Part shown: positions 27,401-38,040 of the stretch, piece by piece
Layout: each line of letters starts with the position of its first letter
Position numbering within the stretch: position 1 is the first letter of the stretch
Source: Auanema rhodensis
Lineage: Eukaryota > Animalia > Nematoda
DNA length: 64,000 bases
Direction of reading: 5' to 3'
Assembly (NCBI GenBank): GCA_964057225.1
Contig: OZ059900.1
Coordinates: forward strand, 8,432,001 to 8,496,000
Made by a program: the position numbers and the translations under genes
The notes under the pieces: model-generated
The model's input: the letters and a program-made list of their open reading frames with translations, nothing else
Databases searched by the model: none
Told to the model about the DNA's origin: nothing

Positions 27401-30283
27401 GATTTGAAATTCAGGATTCATAAACTTTGACTATTTTCACATATATATGTTCAATTTTAACCACTTTGGTCAAAAAGGACCGAAAATATCAAGAATTATT
27501 GGTTTTTTGGGGTTTGAAGGACATTTTGGCTAAATCAGTCAAACTTTTGATCTTAAGCATATTTTCTTCTTCTAAAACGACTAAATGTATGAAATACTGT
27601 CATAGAATGTTCATATAGGTGTATTTTGCACGAATATCAAAACTGATTGAAATATGGGCCTTTTTATGCTCAAAACGCCATATATTCAACGATTTTGGGT
27701 ACAAAACATGTGAAAACTGTATGTTTTGATCAGACCCTTTGAGATATGGATTTGAAATTCAGGATTCATAAACTTTGACTATTTTCACATATATATGTTC
27801 AATTTTAACCACTTTGGTCAAAAAGGACCGAAAATATCAAGAATTATTGGTTTTTTGGGGTTTGAAGGACATTTTGGCTAAATCAGTCAAACTTTTGATC
27901 TTAAGCATATTTTTTTTTTCTAAAACGACTAAATGTATGAAATACTGTCATAGAATGTTCATATAGGTGTATTTTGCACGAATATCAAAACTGATTGAAA
28001 TATGGGCCTTTTTATGCTCAAAACGCCATATATTCAACGATTTTGGGTACAAAACATGTGAAAACTGTATGTTTTGATCAGACCCTTTGAGATATGGATT
28101 TGAAATTCAGGATTTATAAACTTTGACTATTTTTACATATATATGTTCAATTTTAACCACTTTGGTCAAAAAGGACCGAAAATATCAAGAATTATTGGTT
28201 TTTTGGGGATTGAAGGGCATTTTGGCAAAATCAGTCAAACTTTTGATCTTAAGCATATTTTTTTCTCCTAAAACGACTAGATGTATGGAATACTGTCATA
28301 GAATGTTGATATAGGTGTATTTTGCACGAATATCGAAACTGATTGAAATATGGGCCTTTTTATGCTCAAAACGCCATATATTCAACGATTTTGGGTACAA
28401 AACATGTGAAAACTGTATGTTTTGATCAAACCCTTTGAGATATGGATTTGAAATTCAGGATTCATAAACTTCGACTATTTCTACAAATATATGTCCAATT
28501 TTAACCACTTTGGTCAAAAAGGACCGAAAATATCAAGAAGTATTGGTTTTTTGGGGTTTGAAGGGCATTTTGGCAAAATCAGACAAACTTTTGATCTTAA
28601 GCATATTTTTTTCTTCTAAAACGACTAAATGTATGAAATACTGTCAAAGAATGTTCATATAGGTGTATTTTGCACGAATATCAAAACTGATTGAAATATG
28701 GGCCTTTTTATGCTCAAAACGCCATATATTCAACAATTTTGGGTACAAAACATGTGAAAACTGTATGTTTTGATCAGACCCTTTAAAGATATGGATTTGA
28801 AATTCAGGATTCATAAACTTCGACTATTTCTACATATATATGTCCAATTTTAACCACTTTGGTCAAAAAGGACCGAAAATATCAAAAATTATTGGTTTCT
28901 TGGGGTTTGAAGGGCATTTTGGCAAAATCAGTCAAACTTTTGATCTTAAGCATATTTTTTTCTTCTAAAACGACTAAATGTTAGGAATACTGTCATAGAA
29001 TGTTGATATAGGTGTATTTTGCACGAATATCAAAACTGATTGAAATATGGGCCTTTTTAGGCTCAAAACGCCATATATTCAACGATTTTGGGTACAAAAC
29101 ATGTGAAAACTGTATGTTTTGATCAGACCCTTTGAGATATGGATTTGAAATTCAGGATTCATAAACTTTGACTATTTTCACATATATATGTTCAATTTTA
29201 ACCACTTTGGTCAAAAAGGACCGAAAATATCAAGAATTATTGGTTTTTTGAGGTTTGAAGGGCATTTTGGCTAAATCAGTCAAACTTTTGATCTTAAGCA
29301 TATTTTTTTCTTCTAAAACGACTAAATGTATGAAATACTGTCATAGAATGTTCATATAGGTGTATTTTGCACGAATATCAAAACTGATTGAAATATGGGC
29401 CTTTTTATGCTCAAAACGCCATATATTCAACGATTTTGGGTACAAAACATGTGAAAACTGTATGTTTTGATCAGACCCTTTGAGATATGGATTTGAAATT
29501 CAGGATTCATAAACTTTGACTATTTTTACATATATATGTCCAATTTTAACCACTTTGGTCAAAAAGGACCGAAAATATCAAGAATTATTGGTTTTTTGGG
29601 GTTTGAAGGGCATTTTGGCAAAATCAGTCAAACTTTTGATCTTAAGCATATTTTTTTCTTCTAAAACGACTAAATGTTAGGAATACTGTCATAGAATGTT
29701 GATATAGGTGTATTTTGCACGAATATCAAAACTGATTGAAATATGGGCCTTTTTATGCTCAAAACGCCATATATTCAACGATTTTGGGTACAAAACATGT
29801 GAAAACTGTATGTTTTGATCAGACTCTTTGAGATATGGATTTGAAATTCAGGATTCATAAACTTTGACTATTTTCACATATATATGTTCAATTTTAACCA
29901 CTTTGGTCAAAAAGGACCAAAAATATCAAGAATTATTGGTTTTTTGGGTATTGAAGGGCATTTTGGCAAAATCAGTCAAACTTTTGATCTTAAGCATATT
30001 TTTTTCTTCTAAAACGACTAAATGTATGGAATACTGTCATAGAATGTTGATATAGGTGTATTTTGCACGAATATCGAAACTGATTGAAATATGGGCCTTT
30101 TTATGCTCAAAACGCCATATATTCAACGATTTTGGGTACAAAACATGTGAAAACTGTATGTTTTGACCAGACCCTTTGAGATATGGATTTGAAATTCAGG
30201 ATTCATAAACTTTGACTATTTTCACATATATATGTTCAATTTTAACCACTTTGGTCAAAAAGGACCGAAAATATCAAGAATTA
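21500..30283 (-). repeat. 5214-bp (15-monomer) tandem duplication; second copy lacks 4 monomers and ends at the right junction
   Basis: ORF variant pairs 21524/26738, 22213/27427, 22561/27775, 22909/28123. The insertion CCCTTTAAAGAT occurs at ~23570 and ~28784. The pair 26042/29864 has offset 3822 = 5214 - 4x348. Ends are approximate. Confidence 0.82.
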
Positions 30284-30301
30284 AGAAGAAAAAAATATGC
30301 T
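30284..30301 (+). repeat. Right copy of 18-bp direct repeat AGAAGAAAAAAATATGCT (TSD-like)
   Basis: Begins at the first base after the inverted block ends (30283); identical to 4261-4278. Confidence 0.6.
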
Positions 30302-33300
30302 TAAGATCAAAAGTTTGACTGATTTTGCCAAAATGCCCTTCAATCCCCAAAAAACCAATAATTCTTGATATTTTCGGTCCTTTTTGACCAAAGTGGTTAA
30401 AATTGGACATAAATATGTAAAAATAGTCAAAGTTTATGAATCCTGAATTTCAAATCCATATCTCAAAGGGTCTGATCAAAACATACAGTTTTCACATGTT
30501 TTGTACCCAAAATCGTTGAATATATGGCGTTTTGAGCATAAAAAGGCCCATATTTCAATCAGTTTCGATATTCGTGCAAAATACACCTATAACAACATTC
30601 TATGACAGTATTCCATACATTTAGTCGTTTTAGAAGAAAAAAATATGCTTAAGATCAAAAGTTTGACTGATTTTGCCAAAATGCCCTTCAATCCCCAAAA
30701 AACCAATAATTCTTGATATTTTCGGTCCTTTTTGACCAAAGTGGTTAAAATTGGACATAAATATGTAAAAATAGTCAAAGTTTATGAATCCTGAATTTCA
30801 AATCCATATCTCAAAGGGTCTGATCAAAACATACAGTTCTCACATGTTTTGTACCCAAAATCGTTGAATATATGGCGTTTTGAGCATAAAAAGGCCCATA
30901 TTTCAATCAGTTTCGATATTCGTGCAAAATACACCTATAACAACATTCTATGACAGTATTCCATACATTTAGTCGTTTTAGAAGAAAAAAATATGCTTAA
31001 GATCAAAATTTTGACTGATTTTGCCAAAATGCCCTTCAATCCCCAAAAAACCAATAATTCTTGATATTTTCAGTCCTTTTTGACCAAAGTGGTTAAAATT
31101 GGACATAAATATGTAAAAATAGTCAAAATTTATGAATCCTGAATTTCAAATCCATATCTCAAAGGGTCTGATCAAAACATACAGTTTTCACATGTTTTGT
31201 ACCCAAAATCGTTGAATATATGGCGTTTTGAGCATAAAAAGGCCCATATTTCAATCAGTTTTGATTTTTGTGCAAAATACACCTATATGAACATTCTATG
31301 ACAGTATTTCATACATTTAGTCGTTTTAGAAGAAAAAAATATGCTTAAGATCAAAAGTTTGACTGATTTTGCCAAAATGCCCTTCAATCCCCAAAAAACC
31401 AATAATTCTTGATATTTTCGGTCCTTTTTGACCAAAGTGGTTAAAATTGGACATAAATATGTAAAAATAGTCAAAGTTTATGAATCCTGAATTTCAAATC
31501 CATATCTCAAAGGGTCTGATCAATACATACAGTTTTCACATGTTTTGTACCCAAAATCGTTGAATATATGGCGTTTAGAGCATAAAAAGGCCCATATTTC
31601 AATCAGTTTCGATATTCGTGCAAAATACACCTATATCAACATTCTATGACAGTATTCCATACATTTAGTCGTTTTAGAAGAAAAAAATATGCTTAAGATC
31701 AAAAGTTTGACTGATTTTGCCAAAATGCCCTTCAATCCCCAAAAAACCAATAATTCTTGATATTTTCGGTCCTTTTTGACCAAAGTGGTTAAAATTGGAC
31801 ATAAATATGTAAAAATAGTCAAAGTTTATGAATCCTGAATTTCAAATTCATATCTCAAAGGGTCTGATCAATACATACAGTTTTCACATGTTTTGTACCC
31901 AAAATCGTTGAATATATGGCGTTTAGAGCATAAAAAGGCCCATATTTCAATCAGTTTCGATATTCGTGCAAAATACACCTATATCAACATTCTATGACAG
32001 TATTCCATACATTTAGTCGTTTTAGAAGAAAAAAATATGCTTAAGATCAAAAGTTTGACTGATTTTGCCAAAATGCCCTTCAATCCCCAAAAAACCAATA
32101 ATTCTTGATATTTTCGGTCCTTTTTGACCAAAGTGGTTAAAATTGGACATAAATATGTAAAAATAGTCAAAATTTATGAATCCTGAATTTCAAATCCATA
32201 TCTCAAAGGGTCTGATCAAAACATACAGTTTTCACATGTTTTGTACCCAAAATCGTTGAATATATGGCGTTTTGAGCATAAAAAGGCCCATATTTCAATC
32301 AGTTTTGATTTTTGTGCAAAATACACCTATATGAACATTCTATGACAGTATTTCATACATTTAGTCGTTTTAGAAGAAAAAAATATGCTTAAGATCAAAA
32401 GTTTGACTGATTTTGCCAAAATGCCCTTCAATCCCCAAAAAACCAATAATTCTTGATATTTTCGGTCCTTTTTGACCAAAGTGGTTAAAATTGGACATAA
32501 ATATGTAAAAATAGTCAAAGTTTATGAATCCTGAATTTCAAATCCATATCTCAAAGGGTCTGATCAATACATACAGTTTTCACATGTTTTGTACCCAAAA
32601 TCGTTGAATATATGGCGTTTAGAGCATAAAAAGGCCCATATTTCAATCAGTTTCGATATTCGTGCAAAATACACCTATATCAACATTCTATGACAGTATT
32701 CCATACATTTAGTCGTTTTAGAAGAAAAAAATATGCTTAAGATCAAAAGTTTGACTGATTTTGCCAAAATGCCCTTCAATCCCCAAAAAACCAATAATTC
32801 TTGATATTTTCGGTCCTTTTTGACCAAAGTGGTTAAAATTGGACATAAATATGTAAAAATAGTCAAAGTTTATGAATCCTGAATTTCAAATTCATATCTC
32901 AAAGGGTCTGATCAATACATACAGTTTTCACATGTTTTGTACCCAAAATCGTTGAATATATGGCGTTTTGAGCATAAAAAGGCCCATATTTTAATCAGTT
33001 TCGATATTCGTGCAAAATACACCTATATCAACATTCTATGACAGTATTCCATACATTTAGTCGTTTTAGAAGAAAAAAATAGGCTTAAGATCAAAAGTTT
33101 GACTGATTTTGCCAAAATGCCCTTCAATCCCCAAAAAACCAATAATTCTTGATATTTACGGTCCTTTTTGACCAAAGTGGTTAAAATTATACATAAATAT
33201 GTAAAAATAGTCAAAGTTTATGAATCCTGAATTTCAAATCCATATCTCAAAGGGTCTGATCAAAACATACAGTTTTCACATGTTTTGTACCCAAAATCGT

Positions 33301-33335
33301 TGAATATATGGCGTTTTGAGCATAAAAAGGCCCAT

Positions 33336-33508
33336 CCTTTTTGACCAAAGTGGTTAAAATTGAACATATATATGTAAAAATAGTCAAAGTTTATGAATCC
33401 TGATTTTCAAATCCATATCTCAAAGGGTCTGTTCAAAACATACAGTTTTCACATGTTTTGTACCCAAAATCGTTGAATATATGGCGTTTTGAGCATAAAA
33501 AGGCCCAT
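33336..33508 (+). repeat. 173-bp truncated monomer in orientation A
   Basis: Junction GGCCCAT-CCTTTTTGACC at 33335/33336, the reverse complement of the junctions in the inverted block. ORF spacing 33023 to 33544 = 348+173. Confidence 0.92.
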
Positions 33509-33853
33509 ATTTCAATCAGTTTCGATATTCGTGCAAAATACACCTATATGAACATTCTTTGACAGTATTTCATACATTTAGTCGTTTTAGAAGAAAAAAA
33601 TATGCTTAAGATCAAAAGTTTGACTGATTTTGCCAAAATGCCCTTCAAACCCCAAAAAACCAATAATTCTTGATATTTTCGGTCCTTTTTGACCAAAGTG
33701 GTTAAAATTGGACATATATATGTAAAAATAGTCAAAGTTTATGAATCCTGAATTTCAAATCCATATCTCAAAGGGTCTGATCAATACATACAGTTTTCAC
33801 ATGTTTTGTACCCAAAATCGTTGAATATATGGCGTTTTGAGCATAAAAAGGCC

Positions 33854-36800
33854 CATATTTCAATCAGTTTCGATATTCGTGCAAAATACACCTATATGAA
33901 CATTCTTTGACAGTATTTCATACATTTAGTCGTTTTAGAAGAAAAAAATATGCTTAAGATCAAAAGTTTGACTGATTTTGCCAAAATGCCCTTCAAACCC
34001 CAAAAAACCAATAATTCTTGATATTTTCGGTCCTTTTTGACCAAAGTGGTTAAAATTGGACATATATATGTAAAAATAGTCAAAGTTTATGAATCCTGAA
34101 TTTCAAATCCATATCTCAAAGGGTCTGATCAAAACATACAGTTTTCACATGTTTTGTACCCAAAATCGTTGAATATATGGCGTTTTGAGCATAAAAAGGC
34201 CCATATTTCAATCAGTTTTGATATTCGTGCAAAATACACCTATATGAACATTCTATGACAGTATTTCATACATTTAGTCGTTTTAGAAGAAAAAAATATG
34301 CTTAAGATCAAAAGTTTGACTGATTTTGCCAAAATGCCCTTCAATCCCCAAAAAACCAATAATTCTTGATATTTTCGTTCCTTTTTGACCAAAGTGGTTA
34401 AAATTGAACATATATATGTGAAAATAGTCGAAGTTTATGAATCCTGAATTCAAAATCCATATCTCAAAGGGTCTGATCAAAACATACAGTTTTCACATGT
34501 TTTGTACCCAAAATCGTTGAATATATGGCGTTTTGAGCATAAAAAGGCCAATATTTCAATCAGTTTTGATATTCGTGCAAAATACACCTATATGAACATT
34601 CTATGACAGTCTTCCATTTATTTAGTCGTTTTAGAAGAAAAAAATATGCTTAAGATCAAAAGTTTGACTGATTTTGCCAAAATGCCCTTCAATCCCCAAA
34701 AAACCAATAATTCTTGATATTTTTGGTCCTTTTTGACCAAAGTGGTTAAAATTGGACATATATATGTGAAAATAGTCAAACTTTATGAATCCTGAATTTC
34801 AAATCCATATCTCAAAGGGTCTGATCAAAACATAGAGTTTTCACATGTTTTGTACCCAAAATCGTTGAATATATGGCGTTTTGAGCATAAAAAGGCCCAT
34901 ATTTCAATCAGTTTCGATATTCGTGCAAACTACACCTATATCAACATTCTATGACAGTATTTCATACATTTAGTCGTTTTAGAAGAAAAAAATATGCTTA
35001 AGATCAAAAGTTTGACTGATTTTGCCAAAATGCCCTTCAATCCCCAAAAAACCAATAATTCTTGATATTTTCGGTCCTTTTTGACCAAAATTGGTTAAAA
35101 TTGGACATATATATGTGAAAATAGTCAAAGTTTATGAATCCTGAATTTCGAATCCATATCTGAAAGGGTCTGATCAAAACATACAGTTTTCACATGTTTT
35201 GTACCCAAAATCGTTGAATGTATGGCGTTTTGAGCATAAAAAGGCCCATATTTCAATCAGTTTTGATAATCGTGCAAAATACACCTATATGAACATTCTA
35301 TGACAGTATTTCATAAATTTAGTCGTTTTAGAAGAAAAAAATATGCTTAAGATCAAAAGTTTGACTGATTTTGCCAAAATGTCCTTCAAACCCCAAAAAA
35401 CCAATAATTCTTGATATTTTCGGTCCTTTTTGACCAAAGTGGTTGAAATTGAACATATATATGTGAAAATAGTCAAAGTTTATGAATACTGAATTTCAAA
35501 TCCATATCTCAAAGGGTCTGATCAAAACATACAGTTTTCACATGTTTTGTACCCAAAATCGTTGAATATATGGCGTTTTGAGCATAAAAAGGCCCATATT
35601 TCAATCAGTTTTGATATTCGTGCAAAATACACCTATATCAACATTCTATGACAGTATTCCATACATTTAGTCGTTTTAGAAGATAAAAATATGCTTAAGA
35701 TCAAAAGTTTGACTGATTTAGCCAAAATGCCCTACAAACCCCAAAAAACCAATAATTCTTGATATTTTCGGTCCTTTTTGACCAAAGTGGTTAAAATTAG
35801 ACATATATATGTAAAAATAGTCGAAGTTTATGAATCCTGAATTTCAAATCCATATCTCAAAGGGTCTGATCAAAACATACAGTTTTCACATGTTTTGTAC
35901 CCAAAATCGTTGAATATATGGCGTTTTGAGCATAAAAAGGCCCATATTTCAATCAGTTTTGATATTCGTGCAAAATACACCTATATCAACATTTTATGAC
36001 AGTATTCCATACATTTAGTCGTTTTAGAAGAAAAAAATATGCTTAAGATCAAAAGTTTGACTGATTTAGCCAAAATGCCCTTCAAACCCCAAAAAACCAA
36101 TAATTCTTGATATTTTCGGTCCTTCTTGACCAAAGTGGTTAAAATTGAACATATATATGTAAAAATAGTCAAAGTTTATGAATCCTGAATTTCAAATCCA
36201 TATCTCAAAGGGTCTGAACAAAACATACAGTTTTCACATGTTTTGTACCCAAAATCGTTGAATATATGGCGTTTTGAGCATAAAAAGGCCCATATTTCAA
36301 TCAGTTTTGATATTCGTGCAAAATACACCTATATGAACATTCTTTGACAGTATTTCATACATTTAGTCGTTTTAGAAGAAAAAAATATGCTTAAGATCAA
36401 AAGTTTGACTGATTTTGCCAAAATGCCCTTCAAACCCCAAAAAACCAATAATTCTTGATATTTTCGGTCCTTTTTGACCAAAGTGGTTAAAATTGGACAT
36501 ATATATGTGAAAATAGTCGAAGTTCATGAATTCTGAATTTCAAATCCATATCTCAAAGGGTCTGATCAAAACATACAGTTTTCACATGTTTTGTACCCAA
36601 AATCGTTGAATATATGGCGTTTTGAGCATAAAAAGGCCCATATATCAATCAGTTTTGATATTCGTGCAAAATACACCTATATGAACATTCTATGACAGTA
36701 TTTCATACATTTAGTCGTTTTAGAAGAAAAAAATATGCTTAAGATCAAAAGTTTGACTGATTTAGCCAAAATGCCCTTCAAACCCCAAAAAACCAATAAT

Positions 36801-38040
36801 TCTTGATATTTTCGGTCTTTTTTGACCAAAGTGGTTACAATTGAACATATATATGTAAAAATAGTCAAAGTTTATGAATCCTGAATTTCAAATCCATATC
36901 TCAAAGGGTCTGATCAAAACATACAGTTTTCACATGTTTTGTACCCAAAATCGTTGAATATATGGCGTTTTGAGCATAAAAAGGCCCATATTTCAATCAG
37001 TTTCGATATTCGTGCAAAATACACCTATAACAACATTCTATGACAGTATTCCATACATTTAGTCGTTTTAGAAGAAAAAAATATGCTTAAGATCAAAAGT
37101 TTGACTGATTTAGCCAAAATGTCCTTCAAACCCCAAAAAACCAATAATTCTTGATGTTTTCGGTCCTTTTTGACCAAAGTGGTTAAAATTGAACATATAT
37201 ATGTAAAAATAGTCAAAGTTTATGAATCCTGAATTTCAAATCCATATCTCAAAGGGTCTGATCAAAACATACAGTTTTCACATGTTTTGTACCCAAAATC
37301 GTTGAATATATGGCGTTTTGAGCATAAAAAGGCCCATATTTCAATCAGTTTTGATATTCGTGCAAAATACACCTATATGAACATTCTTTGACAGTATTTC
37401 ATACATTTAGTCGTTTTAGAAGAAAAAAATATGCTTAAGATCAAAAGTTTGACTGATTTTGCCAAAATGCCCTTCAAACCCCAAAAAACCAATAATTCTT
37501 GATATTTTCGGTCCTTTTTGACCAAAGTGGTTAAAATTGGACATATATATGTGAAAATAGTCGAAGTTCATGAATTCTGAATTTCAAATCCATATCTCAA
37601 AGGGTCTGATCAAAACATACAGTTTTCACATGTTTTGTACCCAAAATCGTTGAATATATGGCGTTTTGAGCATAAAAAGGCCCATATATCAATCAGTTTT
37701 GATATTCGTGCAAAATACACCTATATGAACATTCTATGACAGTATTTCATACATTTAGTCGTTTTAGAAGAAAAAAATATGCTTAAGATCAAAAGTTTGA
37801 CTGATTTAGCCAAAATGCCCTTCAAACCCCAAAAAACCAATAATTCTTGATATTTTCGGTCTTTTTTGACCAAAGTGGTTACAATTGAACATATATATGT
37901 AAAAATAGTCAAAGTTTATGAATCCTGAATTTCAAATCCATATCTCAAAGGGTCTGATCAAAACATACAGTTTTCACATGTTTTGTACCCAAAATCGTTG
38001 AATATATGGCGTTTTGAGCATAAAAAGGCCCATATTTCAA
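33854..38040 (+). repeat. Near-identical copy of window positions ~1-4190 (offset 33853)
   Basis: ORF variants pair at a constant offset: 39/33892, 430/34283, 1432/35285, 2128/35981, 2824/36677, 3172/37025, 3868/37721. Shared rare variants include GGCCAATA, CATAGAG, ACCAAAATTGG, GATAATCG and AGAAGATAAAA. Confidence 0.9.

Larger units (their letters stand above)
4288..30283 (-). repeat. Inverted satellite block, orientation B, ~26.0 kb (~76 units)
   Basis: Sequence is the reverse complement of the flanking monomer from CACGAATATCG (4288; monomer position 28 read backwards) to ATATCAAGAATTA (30283; monomer position 159). The repeated ORF switches strand (- to +) at 4434 and back at 30587. Confidence 0.97.
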
